This document shows, piece by piece, positions 36,026-46,462 of a stretch of 64,000 bases of DNA. The notes under the pieces were generated by a model that saw only the letters and a list, made by a program, of their open reading frames with translations, was not told the origin of the DNA and made no database searches. The position numbers and the translations under genes are program-made. The DNA comes from Coprothermobacterota bacterium (lineage in GTDB: Bacteria; Coprothermobacterota; Coprothermobacteria; Coprothermobacterales; Coprothermobacteraceae), in NCBI GenBank assembly GCA_036679065.1, contig JAZIGN010000003.1:160001-224000 (forward strand). The letters run 5' to 3'. Each line of letters opens with the position of its first letter. The stretch's first letter is position 1.

Positions 36026-37350
36026 TGAACGAGGCTTTAAACGATATGGTGGAAAAACTTGTTAAGAACGGCAAGGCAGATAAGACTCTTGTGGTGGCAC
36101 AAGCAGAAGAGAACTTGCTTACTCGCTTTGCAGTGAACCGTATCCACCAGCACGTGCGCCAGGAAACGTTGAAAGTGACAGTGGTGGTGGAAAAGAACAA
36201 AAAAGTGGGCATTGCTGGCACAAGCTCTCTGAAACCTGATCAAGCTGATGCACTTCTGGATAAAGCACTGCTAAACGCTGAACTTTCCTCAGGCGAGAGT
36301 ACGCTGGAGCTTGCTGAAACAGGTGAGCAGCAATTTGACATGAAGTCGCGGTTTGTGGAAGATCTCATAGATGCTCACGAGGAAAGAGCAAAAATTGTGG
36401 CAAGCATGATTGAGAAAGGGGAAAAAGCTCAGGCTGACGCTTTTGGCGTGCTTAATGCCACAAGAGAAAAAGTCATCATAAGGAACAGTGTGGGAACCAA
36501 CCTGGAGTGGCAGGGCAGTGTGGGTTTAGTAAAAGCCATGTACATGAAGGGGCAGGGGAGTGGCTATCAGATCAGTCAATTCAACAACGCAGGCAATTTC
36601 ATATGGGAGCAACTTGCTGAAACTGCTTTGCAGAAATGTTTAGACAGTCAGCACCCGGAGCCGTTGGAGCCCGGTAAATACACAGTTATTTTGGAACCCC
36701 TTGCCGTGGGGACGTTGCTGGGTGAGATGGCAAGCTTCAGCTTTAATGCGAGAGCAGCTTATCAAGGCCACAGTTACATTTGGCAGCATCGCGGTGAGCA
36801 GCTTTTCCCCAAGTTCATGACCATTTATGATTGGGGCCTGGACGACCTCACCGCACTTCGTCTTCCCATGGACTTCGAGGGCTACTTGAAGAAACCCGTC
36901 CAGTTCATAGAAGGTGGAGAGGCCAAAGATGTTGTTTTTGACAGCAGGTTTGCAAAAATACTAGGTCACCCCAACACGGGTCATGCGTTGCCTCCTGAGG
37001 CCATGAGTTACTCACCCATACCACTAAACGTGATCATGCTGCCAGGACAAAAATCCATGGACCAGCTCATAGCTGAGACAGAGCATGGTGTGCTCGTTAC
37101 CATGCTCAATTACGTAAGAAGCTACTTGGATCCTCTGACCGTACTTGCCACGGGTATAACCAGGAACGGTACCTTCCTCATAGAAAATGGAAAGGTTACC
37201 AAAGCTCTCAATAATACCAGATTCCTTCAAAGTTTTGTCGAGGCGCTCCAGAACACCACAGACATCGGTTCTGAGCTGATGATGGTTGGCGAAGAGTTTG
37301 GGTCTTTTACAGCACCGGCTCTAAAAATTGAAAAATTTAACTTTATGTAG
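36022..37350 (+). CDS. TldE/PmbA family protein
   Basis: 'LEPGKYTVILEP', DFEG and 'TGHA'; no HExxH; overlaps the tldD stop. Confidence 0.88.
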   Translation: MMNEALNDMVEKLVKNGKADKTLVVAQAEENLLTRFAVNRIHQHVRQETLKVTVVVEKNKKVGIAGTSSLKPDQADALLDKALLNAELSSGESTLELAETGEQQFDMKSRFVEDLIDAHEERAKIVASMIEKGEKAQADAFGVLNATREKVIIRNSVGTNLEWQGSVGLVKAMYMKGQGSGYQISQFNNAGNFIWEQLAETALQKCLDSQHPEPLEPGKYTVILEPLAVGTLLGEMASFSFNARAAYQGHSYIWQHRGEQLFPKFMTIYDWGLDDLTALRLPMDFEGYLKKPVQFIEGGEAKDVVFDSRFAKILGHPNTGHALPPEAMSYSPIPLNVIMLPGQKSMDQLIAETEHGVLVTMLNYVRSYLDPLTVLATGITRNGTFLIENGKVTKALNNTRFLQSFVEALQNTTDIGSELMMVGEEFGSFTAPALKIEKFNFM

Positions 37351-37517
37351 CTCTTAAATGTAATATTATTCACAACAAGGGAGACCGTTTTAGGTCTCCC
37401 TTGTCTGTAATTAAGCCAACTAAAAGAATTTTGTGAACTGTGCAATGCATAATTGTTCGCCTGCGTATACGAATTATGATATAATAACAGCTACAAATAC
37501 TGTGGAGGCGATGTATT

Positions 37518-39362
37518 GTGCGGGGAGGTTACATGAACCGTATCCTGCGAGTAGACTTGTCCAGTAGAACGTGGACAACCGAAGAATTGGATGAAAAGCT
37601 CATCCGGGATTACATTGGAGGCAGGGGATTCGGAGCAAAACTGCTGTATGATGACTTGAAACCTGGTATTGATCCTCTGGGCGAAGAAAATGAAATCATC
37701 TTCATTGCAGGGCCTTTAGCTGCTACTGGAGCTCAATCATGCGCTCGTTTCGAGATTTACTTCAAGTCACCACAAACAGGCGGCTATTTTCAGTCATCAG
37801 GTGGTGGTTTCTTTGCTCCTGAAATGAAATTTGCTGGTTACGACGCTATCATCATAAAAGGGAAATCAGAAAAGCCTGTGTATTTGTGGATTCATGATGA
37901 CAAAGTTGAGTTCAAAGATGCTTCTTACTTGTGGGGTTTGGGGCTAGCTGACACCGAGCAATTGATCCGTGAAGAACTCAATGATCCTTATGTGCGTGTA
38001 GCTGCCATTGGACCCGCAGGTGAGAATCTGGTCAAGTATGCGGGGGTTTTCAGCGACCGACGTGCGGCAGCACGTGGAGGCGGCGGAGCTGTGATGGGCT
38101 CCAAGAACCTGAAGGGCGTGGCTGTGAGGGGCCATCAAAAAGTTCCCATAGCTAATAACGAAGCGTTCCAGCAAGCTTTGAAGGCTCAAGTCGGCGCTTA
38201 TAAAGGTAATCCCATGTACGAGATGATGCACACCACGGGTACGCAGGCATCTGAACTTACGGCAGTGCTGGGTATGTATCCCTGGAAAAACTTTAGGGAA
38301 GCACCAGGACCTGAATGGGAGAAACTGCAGGCTTCAGAGTTCAACAAGCTTCGCGTGCGAAAGATGGGCTGCCAGAACTGCATGATACGCTGCAGCCAAA
38401 TAACCAAAGTTTGGGACGGACCTTACAAAGGTGTGTGGAGTGAGGGTCCCGAGTATGAAACACTTTGGTCTTTCTCTGGTCCCATTGGAAAGGCAGAAAT
38501 AGGTCTCACTGTCTTGGCAGACAGACTTTGTGACGAACTGGGATTGGACACTATTTCAGCTGGTCAATCCATTGGTTTCGCTTATGAGCTTTATGAAAAG
38601 GGTGTAATAACAAAAGAAGACACTGACGGCTTAGAACTTGCCTACGGCAACATTGAAGTAGTACCAAAACTCATTGAGATGATCGCTCATAGAGAAGGGT
38701 TCGGCGACATATTGGCTGAAGGAACAAAGCGTATGGCTGAGAAGTACAATCAGGGTTCCGAGTATTATGCCATTCAAGTCAAGGGATTGGAGCTTCCTGC
38801 CTACGATCCCAGAGGAGCCAAGGCGCACGGTTTGAACTTAGCTACTTCTCCACTGGGCGCAGACCACAACTACGGGTATGGCTCTCAGGAGCTTTTTGGT
38901 GTTCCCATTCCTCGGCCTGTGGACCGCTTCGCTGTGGAGGGAAAAGGCGAAATAACCAAATTCAATCAGGATTGGGCAGCATTTACTGAAACAGGGATCT
39001 TGTGCACATTTGCCTCGTTGATGACTGGTCCAGACGTTTTCAGCCAACTGCTCTATGGAGCTACTGGTGTAGAGGAGTTCGCTGATCCTAACTACATGTG
39101 GGTAGTAGGTGAGCGCATTGTGAACTTGGAACGCATGTTTAATGCTCGTGAGGGCTTCACCAGAGAGGATGATAGAATGCCAGAGCGCATCGTGAAAGAG
39201 CCTCTGCCCTATGGCCCGTCTGCTGGTCAGGTTTTTGAAGAGGATGCGTTGTTGGATGATTACTACGCTGCACGTGGCTGGGATAAAGAAACGGGTTTAC
39301 CAACGGCTGACAAACTCCGCCAACTTGGTTTAGACTTCACCCTTGACTATGCAGCCCAGTGA
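37518..39362 (+). CDS. aor: Tungsten-dependent aldehyde:ferredoxin oxidoreductase
   Basis: IGGRG, GAVMGSKNLK, CxxCxxxC, GPEYET, GLDTIS and 'YYAARGWD'. Confidence 0.93.
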   Translation: MRGGYMNRILRVDLSSRTWTTEELDEKLIRDYIGGRGFGAKLLYDDLKPGIDPLGEENEIIFIAGPLAATGAQSCARFEIYFKSPQTGGYFQSSGGGFFAPEMKFAGYDAIIIKGKSEKPVYLWIHDDKVEFKDASYLWGLGLADTEQLIREELNDPYVRVAAIGPAGENLVKYAGVFSDRRAAARGGGGAVMGSKNLKGVAVRGHQKVPIANNEAFQQALKAQVGAYKGNPMYEMMHTTGTQASELTAVLGMYPWKNFREAPGPEWEKLQASEFNKLRVRKMGCQNCMIRCSQITKVWDGPYKGVWSEGPEYETLWSFSGPIGKAEIGLTVLADRLCDELGLDTISAGQSIGFAYELYEKGVITKEDTDGLELAYGNIEVVPKLIEMIAHREGFGDILAEGTKRMAEKYNQGSEYYAIQVKGLELPAYDPRGAKAHGLNLATSPLGADHNYGYGSQELFGVPIPRPVDRFAVEGKGEITKFNQDWAAFTETGILCTFASLMTGPDVFSQLLYGATGVEEFADPNYMWVVGERIVNLERMFNAREGFTREDDRMPERIVKEPLPYGPSAGQVFEEDALLDDYYAARGWDKETGLPTADKLRQLGLDFTLDYAAQ

Positions 39363-39369
39363 TGTCGTC

Positions 39370-39639
39370 ATGTTAGTGAATGTGCTGTATTTTGGTCATC
39401 TAAGAGAGGTCACATTAAAGGACAAAGAAACCATTGAAATGCCATCAGGAGCTACGGTAGGGACCCTCATAGAGTTTCTCGAGGGGAAATATGGTCCAGA
39501 GTACCGAACTGCCATGGATGCCATAAAGGGCTTGCGCATCCTCGTCGATGGTAGAGATCATACTTTGCTTGGCGGCAAGGAAGCACCGCTAAATGAAGGT
39601 TGCACGGTTGTGTTTTTGCCACCCATTGCCGGTGGCTAA
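39370..39639 (+). CDS. MoaD/ThiS-family sulfur carrier
   Basis: C-terminal PPIAGG; follows aor. Confidence 0.88.
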   Translation: MLVNVLYFGHLREVTLKDKETIEMPSGATVGTLIEFLEGKYGPEYRTAMDAIKGLRILVDGRDHTLLGGKEAPLNEGCTVVFLPPIAGG

Positions 39640-39687
39640 AGGTCTCTTGGCTGAGAATCGTTAAACAGCAGATAATAACTGCTTGGG

Positions 39688-39726
39688 AGGGGGAGGAGTA
39701 ATCGTTGATGCTCCTCCCCCTTTTTA
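39688..39726 (+). terminator. Intrinsic terminator
   Basis: GGGGGAGGAG / CTCCTCCCCC stem followed by TTTTT. Confidence 0.8.
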
Positions 39727-39794
39727 TGTTCCGACAATCCTTCTTGGTCCGTAGTATTAGCAATACGGTCAGGATGAAAGCGGTTTGTGGGAGA

Positions 39795-39810
39795 TGTTCC
39801 ACGTGGAACA
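39795..39810. other. parS: parS site (second copy)
   Basis: TGTTCCACGTGGAACA, identical to the site at 34454. Confidence 0.9.
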
Positions 39811-39838
39811 TACGCAATAGCGTTAGTAGTAGTGAGGT

Positions 39839-41824
39839 TTATTCAGACCGTTTTTGCTGTGGCGAATATGGGGCATACAGCGATTCTATTTCGTTAGGTT
39901 TTCCATCCCAAAGTTCTTTTGGAATGGAGCGCAGGAAAGGTGAGGGTCTTGCCATTTGTTCAAAACCATTCCCCCAAGGTTGCTTATATGGAACGTAAAA
40001 AATCAAATGTTCTTTGGCTCGCGTCATGGCTACATAAAGAAGACGACGTTCTTCTTCTTTTTCGGCTGTGGTCACAGACAAGCTGTGGGGGAAGAACCCA
40101 TCAGTAACGTAATACAAGATGACAGCTTGGAACTCCAATCCTTTTACACCGTGAACCGTGGAAATAGCAACACCTTCCACTCCACCGTTGTTTTCGCGTG
40201 TTCCCAAAGCGGATCGCTGTAAAAAATCATCCATGTCAGCGCTCTCTTCGGCAATGGAGATCAATTGCTTTACGTTTTCTGTTCGCTCGATGTATTCTTC
40301 CTCAGACTTACTGATGCTTCTAAAGTGGTCCAACAGATTTTCCTGTTCCATCACAAGGTAAATGGCTTGAGAAGGCTCAGCAATTTCCTGAATTGTTTGA
40401 ATGAGGGTATATAGGCTCTCTAAGTAATCGTTCATGGATAACTTCTTAAACAGGAGCGACTCTACTGCGGCTTTCATGGCTTCCAACAGTGTTAGCTTGT
40501 TCTCTTCGGCAAAGTTGAACAGTTTCTCCAGGCTCGCTGTTCCAAATCCTCTCTTTTTCATAGTCAATATGCGTTTCAAGCTTACTCGATCCATGGGGTT
40601 TCTACTCAGCCTCAAATAAGCAAGAATGTCTTTTATTTCACGGCGAGCGAAGAAAGGTACACCCCCAATGATGTGGTATTGTATATTCCTGGTGGCAAAT
40701 TCCCGTTCCACACGCGCGGTTAAAGCACGTGTGCGCATAAGAACGGCAATTTCTTCGTATGGTATGCCCATCTTGTGCAACCTTTGTACTTCGAACGCTG
40801 CTGTTATGGCGGCGTCAGCATCGTCAAAAGGTCTTCTCAAAATAAGCCTGTTGCCTGCCCCCTTTATGCTCTCTAGTTTTCTCTCAAAGAGCGCCGATGG
40901 GCTGTCGTTAATTAAAGCGGAAGCTGAATCCACAATGGTTCTATTGCTTCTGTAATTCAAATCCAAGAACACAACTTCTGGATTGTAATCATCGATGAAA
41001 CGCTTTATATTGTAGTACTCGGCAGCCCTGAAACCGTAAATGGATTGATCGGGGTCACCTACAATAGTGACGTTGTTCATGGCGGAATAGTGGGGGTTTG
41101 TCATATAAAGGAGCATCTGGTACTGCGCAAAGTTTGTGTCCTGGAACTCATCCACCATGATTAAGTCGAATAGACCGGCAATCATCTCCCTAAGTTCAGG
41201 CCTATCTTCCATACGCTGCGCCAAGACCATGATGAGATCATCAAAATCCAGGGCTTGACTCTGTTCTTTTAATCTTTCGTATGTCATGAACACTTGGTGC
41301 ACAGTATCGAAGTAATACCCCCATGAACCGTAACGCTGCCTGATGAATTCAGGAAACGTGTTGCAGTCAAACATCCTTGCCTTCGCAGCGGAGATGTGAT
41401 TGAGTACGTCATTGGGCCTAAATTTCTTTGTATCCATGTTCATCTGCTTTAGGATGTCTTCAATGAGGCCTTTACTGTCATCGTCATCGTAAATAACAAA
41501 GTTCTGGCTAATTCCAGCATAGGGGGCAAAGTACCTGAGCATCCGTGCCGCGAAGCTGTGCATGGTTGCTGCAAAAATGCGGTCGCCCTCAGGAATAAGC
41601 CTTCCTAGGCGTTCCTTTAGCTCATCAGCCGCCTTATTGGTAAAGGTTATTGCCAAAATGCGTTCTGGAGGCAGATGCCACTCCTTAACAGCAAAAAGAG
41701 CTCTATAAGTTAGCACCCTTGTCTTGCCCGAACCAGGCCCTGCTATGATGGCAAGGGGTTTTGGAGGGGCAGTTACTGCTTGCTTTTGAGCCTCATTTAA
41801 TTTACTTAAATCCACAGAATCCAC
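39839..41824 (-). CDS. pcrA: UvrD/PcrA family ATP-dependent DNA helicase
   Basis: AGPGSGKT, VDEFQD, VGDPDQSIYGFR and 'EERRLLYVAMTRA'; probable GTG start at 41824. Confidence 0.92.
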   Translation of the reverse strand: MDSVDLSKLNEAQKQAVTAPPKPLAIIAGPGSGKTRVLTYRALFAVKEWHLPPERILAITFTNKAADELKERLGRLIPEGDRIFAATMHSFAARMLRYFAPYAGISQNFVIYDDDDSKGLIEDILKQMNMDTKKFRPNDVLNHISAAKARMFDCNTFPEFIRQRYGSWGYYFDTVHQVFMTYERLKEQSQALDFDDLIMVLAQRMEDRPELREMIAGLFDLIMVDEFQDTNFAQYQMLLYMTNPHYSAMNNVTIVGDPDQSIYGFRAAEYYNIKRFIDDYNPEVVFLDLNYRSNRTIVDSASALINDSPSALFERKLESIKGAGNRLILRRPFDDADAAITAAFEVQRLHKMGIPYEEIAVLMRTRALTARVEREFATRNIQYHIIGGVPFFARREIKDILAYLRLSRNPMDRVSLKRILTMKKRGFGTASLEKLFNFAEENKLTLLEAMKAAVESLLFKKLSMNDYLESLYTLIQTIQEIAEPSQAIYLVMEQENLLDHFRSISKSEEEYIERTENVKQLISIAEESADMDDFLQRSALGTRENNGGVEGVAISTVHGVKGLEFQAVILYYVTDGFFPHSLSVTTAEKEEERRLLYVAMTRAKEHLIFYVPYKQPWGNGFEQMARPSPFLRSIPKELWDGKPNEIESLYAPYSPQQKRSE

Positions 41825-41904
41825 ATCTTCATTATAAATGAAAAAGCCTCCGATGTGGGATCGGAGGCTTAAAGTTAAGTGATTATGGGATGGGGAAGGG
41901 GGAA

Positions 41905-42555
41905 TCAAATTTTCTTGTGGCAGAGCCACCAATCGTAACAGTTAGGCTGATTCATACGCTCCTCTGCACCTTTAATGTCTGGCGGTAGAGGGATGATAAC
42001 TTCATCACCCATGAGTTCGTTGTTAGGCCAGTTAGCTGGAATGGCCACGTGATTGGCATCAGCCGTCTGGAAAGCTTTGATCATCCTGATGATTTCATCG
42101 ATGTTTCTACCAATTTCTTGCGGGTAATAAAGAATGGCTCTGATAATGCCCTTGGGGTCCACGATGTAAACAGCTCTGACTGTGTTCGTGCCTTTAGCAG
42201 GGTGTATAAGCCCAATAGCCTTCGCTACGCGACCTAATTCATCCGCAATAATGGGGAATTGAATTTCTACGCCAAGATTGTCTTTTATCCACTGAACCCA
42301 TTTAATGTGTGATGGTACCTGGTCCACTGATAGCCCGATGAGCTCTGTGTTTAAAGCCTTGAACTCATCGAATCTCTTCTGAAATGCTACGAATTCTGTA
42401 GTACAGACTGGAGTGAAATCTCCCGGGTGACTGAAGAATACTACCCATTTTCCGTTGAAATCGTCGGGTAGTTTCATGGAACCAAATGTGGTTTTTACTT
42501 CCAACTCAGGGAACTTATCACCGATTAACGGCATTCGCGTTTGTTCCTCAAACAT
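41905..42555 (-). CDS. Peroxiredoxin (Prx6/archaeal-type)
   Basis: [10 protein letters not shown] and C-terminal CYDWWLC. Confidence 0.93.
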   Translation of the reverse strand: MFEEQTRMPLIGDKFPELEVKTTFGSMKLPDDFNGKWVVFFSHPGDFTPVCTTEFVAFQKRFDEFKALNTELIGLSVDQVPSHIKWVQWIKDNLGVEIQFPIIADELGRVAKAIGLIHPAKGTNTVRAVYIVDPKGIIRAILYYPQEIGRNIDEIIRMIKAFQTADANHVAIPANWPNNELMGDEVIIPLPPDIKGAEERMNQPNCYDWWLCHKKI

Positions 42556-42869
42556 GTACTATCACTCCTTTCCTGATGCTACTAGTTCTAGTATACCCAA
42601 TTTTTGACTTATTCAAAACATGAAACACCAAAATGATACTTATTCTCAAAAAGCAGCTGCTTCGAATGCGGATTAAAAAGAAAAGAGCCTCCGACGGGGG
42701 GAATCGGAGGCCGGGAGTTAAGTAACTATGAGATGGGGAAGGGGGCTGTGGTCGGGATGGAGCGGGAGGTGCATTGCCCATACCTACCACAAAGGTTATA
42801 TTTCAACCTTCCACTGCTTTTATTATACCCTTATTCCCATACTTAAAACACATCTTCCTAAACAATCAT

Positions 42870-43739
42870 TTAATAAGCAATGGTGCTCAGGTACTTTAAG
42901 CCGTCGTCAGGGAATACTGTTACCACATGTGCTAAATTGTATTTTTCTTTTATTCTTAAAGCGGCTATAAAGTTTGCCCCGGAGGATATGCCTACTGAAT
43001 ATCCCTTGGCGCTGAGCATTTTTACACCTTCCAGTGCTTCGTCTCCTGTCACGGTAATAATCTCATCCACTAGATCTTTATCAAATATGGTGGGTATGAA
43101 GCCTGCTCCTATGCCCTGTATGATGTGGCTTCCAGCTTTTCCCCCGGAAAGCACAGGGGACTCTGCAGGCTCCACAGCAATGATTTTTACTCTATTCCCC
43201 AAAGCTCTTCGCAGCGCTCTGCCTACACCTGATATGGTTCCGCCACTACCTACGCCTGCAACGAAAGCCTCCACTTCCCAACTTGTTTGTTTAAGTATTT
43301 CAGGGCCGGTGGTGAGTTCATGAGCCAATACGTTGAAAGGGTTATTGAACTGGTCGGGAATGTAAGCGTGGTGCTGCTCCTGAAGCTGTTTGGCTTTTTC
43401 TATGGCTCCTGGAATGCCCTTTTCAGCGGGAGTGAGGATAACTTCAGCTCCGTAACTTTGGGCTAGTTTTACCCGCTCAGGGGTAACAGAAGCTGGCATG
43501 GTGAGTATGACTTTTATGCCAACCTGTGAACCCAAGGCAGCTAGCGAGATCCCTGTATTGCCTGAAGTTGGTTCTACCAGGGTACCTCCTGGTTGTATCA
43601 AGTTTTCTTTGAGAGCATGCATGAGCATGAAATAAGCTGGCCGGTCTTTTATACTGCCTGTGGGGTTAAAGCGTTCCAGCTTTGCGTATATACCATATGG
43701 CTCAATACATACCAAAGGAGTTTCCACAATGCCTATCAT
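42870..43739 (-). CDS. cysK: Cysteine synthase
   Basis: NPTGSIKDR, EPTSGNTG and IQGIGAG. Confidence 0.92.
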   Translation of the reverse strand: MIGIVETPLVCIEPYGIYAKLERFNPTGSIKDRPAYFMLMHALKENLIQPGGTLVEPTSGNTGISLAALGSQVGIKVILTMPASVTPERVKLAQSYGAEVILTPAEKGIPGAIEKAKQLQEQHHAYIPDQFNNPFNVLAHELTTGPEILKQTSWEVEAFVAGVGSGGTISGVGRALRRALGNRVKIIAVEPAESPVLSGGKAGSHIIQGIGAGFIPTIFDKDLVDEIITVTGDEALEGVKMLSAKGYSVGISSGANFIAALRIKEKYNLAHVVTVFPDDGLKYLSTIAY

Positions 43740-44305
43740 GCTACTACCTCCTTTACGCAGTCCTGCTTAACTACTTTAGCAGGTACACCTACCACAGTAC
43801 TGTAAGGGGGCACATCTTCCACTACAACGCTTCCTGCACCGATGCGTGCGCCATCTCCCACATTGATGGCACCAAGCAATGTGGCTCCAGCGCCAATAAA
43901 AACATTCTTCCCCACCTGTGGATGCCTTTTGCCTGTGGTGATATTCTTGGCTCCCAAAGTTACACCATGGTATATCACCGTGCCCGAACCAACCTTTGCT
44001 GTGCTTCCAATAACAACCCCCATACCGTGATCAACTACTACGCCTGGTTCAATTTCTGCTGCGGGGTGAATGTCCACAGCATAGAGCACGCGGCTTATGA
44101 AGTGAATAAACGCTGATACATTCCTAAAACCTGCTACGTAGAAAGCGTGAGCATACCTGTAAAGACGTAAACTTCTATAGCCTGCATGGAATCTAATATC
44201 TGCGGGGGTTTCAATGGAAGGGTCGCTCTTTAGAAGAGCTTGACGATCTTCCTTAAGAGCGTTTCTCGCCTTTTTAAGTTCTGTTCCCAATATGTACAAC
44301 CGCAT
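43736..44305 (-). CDS. cysE: Serine O-acetyltransferase
   Basis: DIHPAA, DHGMGVVIG, KRHP and hexapeptide repeats. Confidence 0.9.
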   Translation of the reverse strand: MRLYILGTELKKARNALKEDRQALLKSDPSIETPADIRFHAGYRSLRLYRYAHAFYVAGFRNVSAFIHFISRVLYAVDIHPAAEIEPGVVVDHGMGVVIGSTAKVGSGTVIYHGVTLGAKNITTGKRHPQVGKNVFIGAGATLLGAINVGDGARIGAGSVVVEDVPPYSTVVGVPAKVVKQDCVKEVVA

Positions 44306-44522
44306 CCCATTTTACGTCGCCTCCTAATGCTTTATGCTAGCGCACTAAGTCGCTCTGGTTTTGTTACGTAATAGTGTATACCCAAGACAGACCACCTGTA
44401 TGAAAAACCAATGCTAAATGAACAAAAAAGTGCACAATGTTTTTCTTAACATTTCAAAAAAGCGTGCAGCCTACCATTTAGGTAGGCTGCACTAGGTAAG
44501 TGTGAGGATGGTCTTTGTTTCT

Positions 44523-45344
44523 CTATTCCACTGTGTCCTTGAGGCTGTTAAGGTACTCCATATCCTCAGGTGAGATTTCAAAATCCACATCAGCATTTTC
44601 TTTTATGCGGCTTGGGGTAGTAGATTTAGGCAGCGGAAGAGCGTTTCTCTGGATGACATACCTGATGCAAATCTGCGCCACTGTTTTGTTGTATTTGTCA
44701 GCAATCTTCTTTATGGCGTCGTTTTCAATGAGCCTGCCTGTGGCTAAAGGTGAGTATGCCTCAACCAGAACGTCGTTTTGCTGGCAGAACTGGGTAATTT
44801 CTTCTTGCGTGTTTCCTATGAAAAACCTTATTTGGTTTACCATGGGTTTTACGCTGCAGTTGTCCATGAGCACTTGAAGATATTCCACATCAAAGTTGGA
44901 GACACCTATAGCACGTATGCGTCCACTCTTGTACAGTTCTTCCATGGCGTGCCACACTTCTATGTTTTCTTTTTTGTAGTCTTTACCTTTTTCGTTCCAA
45001 GGCCATGGCCAGTGAATTAGGTACAAATCTAAATAATCCATGTTCAGGTTTCTAAGGGTCCTTTCAAAATAATCCAAAGTTCCATCATAGGTCTTTACAT
45101 CAGCAGGTAGCTTGGAAGTAACAAAAATCTGGTCCCGCGGGATACCAGATTCTCTTATGGCCTTTCCTACGCTTTCTTCATTACCATAGACATAAGCTGT
45201 ATCCACGTGCCTGTAGCCAACTTCTAAAGCGTATGAAACTGAGTTGTAAGCCACTTCTCCATTAGGTATTTGCCACGTCCCGAAACCGATTTTTGGGATT
45301 TTTACCCCATTATGTAGCACATACGTTTCTGTGAGTACACTCAT
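44523..45344 (-). CDS. Aldo/keto reductase
   Basis: GYRHVDTA..Y, LYLIHWP, IGVSNF and LPKS. Confidence 0.93.
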   Translation of the reverse strand: MSVLTETYVLHNGVKIPKIGFGTWQIPNGEVAYNSVSYALEVGYRHVDTAYVYGNEESVGKAIRESGIPRDQIFVTSKLPADVKTYDGTLDYFERTLRNLNMDYLDLYLIHWPWPWNEKGKDYKKENIEVWHAMEELYKSGRIRAIGVSNFDVEYLQVLMDNCSVKPMVNQIRFFIGNTQEEITQFCQQNDVLVEAYSPLATGRLIENDAIKKIADKYNKTVAQICIRYVIQRNALPLPKSTTPSRIKENADVDFEISPEDMEYLNSLKDTVE

Positions 45345-45553
45345 AATGTCAACCTCCCTACAAACTTTAGCTACTCTAATAGTAACACTTAAAAATATTC
45401 TTTGAACAAAGACAAAGAAACTTTTTGTTTTTCATAAAAAGAAGGCTGTAGACTTCATCTTTTTTGCATTGGACGAGCTTAGTCCACAGCCTTCTTTAGT
45501 GGCTCACTTGAAGGGACAACCACTTACTTAATCACTGCGGCCGTATGAGAAAT

Positions 45554-46444
45554 CTATGCTTTCCCCTTGTTAAGCAAGAACTCTATGACTCTTTTGTCAA
45601 CGAAGTCGCCTTCGCACAAACGTTCCTCAAAGTTTTCAAATTCGCAGAAGTTCTTATATGCGTTCTTTGTCTTTTCATCAAAAGCGCCGCTAACAGGGCC
45701 ATTGTAATAACCCAGGTTCCTCAGAGCTTCCTGCATCCTCGAAACTATTTCTGGCGTCACCTTCACTTTCTCTTCCTCGGTAGTCTTGCTGAAATACATG
45801 TTATAGAGATCAAGTAGCCTGATGAGTTCCTTGATCGGCTCAGGATGATCATCCACCCTAAGATCTATGTATCGATCGTTGTAACCTCCGTAACTGCCTC
45901 TTTCTTTGACCACAAGGAGTGCCGCTGATTGTCGACCCCTCCTGTCTCCCCCAGCATCCTGAGCAGCGTCCAATGCAGTTACCAGTCTTTTTGCCAAGGG
46001 CCCTTCTGTACTCAAAAACGTTTCCTTAAGAGCATTCACAGTGGCCTCACTCACCAGAATGTTACCTTGGCATGCAAAATCCTGTCCAGCTATGCCCCCT
46101 GCCCAATTAAAGCAGCTCTTTCCGGTGTATGTTACCGAATTTCCCTTAGCATCTACTATGCCCACTTGACGATCTTCTCGCCCATCGTTCAAAGCCAGCA
46201 GCGCATCCAACACAGCTTGCGGTGAATACCCTTTCTTTAGCAGTTTCAAACCCAGTTCCCCGTAATCCAGGTTGGCTGCAGCCTGAGTTGCTATGGCTCC
46301 CACACCAGCTTTCGCCCAGGGGACTACGGATCCCACTGCCAAGAATTTTGACTGTACAGCAATACCCAGTTCTCCAGTTTTTGGATCCCTGGCCACAATG
46401 GAAAATGTGGAGATGTTCCTCATCTGACTTACAACACTCTTCAT
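45554..46444 (-). CDS. DUF1028 family Ntn-hydrolase-like protein with C-terminal peptidoglycan-binding-like domain
   Basis: TFSIVARD, GGDRRGRQSAA and DLRVDDH. Confidence 0.87.
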   Translation of the reverse strand: MKSVVSQMRNISTFSIVARDPKTGELGIAVQSKFLAVGSVVPWAKAGVGAIATQAAANLDYGELGLKLLKKGYSPQAVLDALLALNDGREDRQVGIVDAKGNSVTYTGKSCFNWAGGIAGQDFACQGNILVSEATVNALKETFLSTEGPLAKRLVTALDAAQDAGGDRRGRQSAALLVVKERGSYGGYNDRYIDLRVDDHPEPIKELIRLLDLYNMYFSKTTEEEKVKVTPEIVSRMQEALRNLGYYNGPVSGAFDEKTKNAYKNFCEFENFEERLCEGDFVDKRVIEFLLNKGKA

Positions 46445-46462
46445 AAATCTCTAGCCTTCTTT

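Noticed and set aside
42548..42790. 80-aa Pro-rich ORF upstream of the peroxiredoxin
   Set aside because: It reads through a C-rich tract and a terminator hairpin; more consistent with non-coding RNA.
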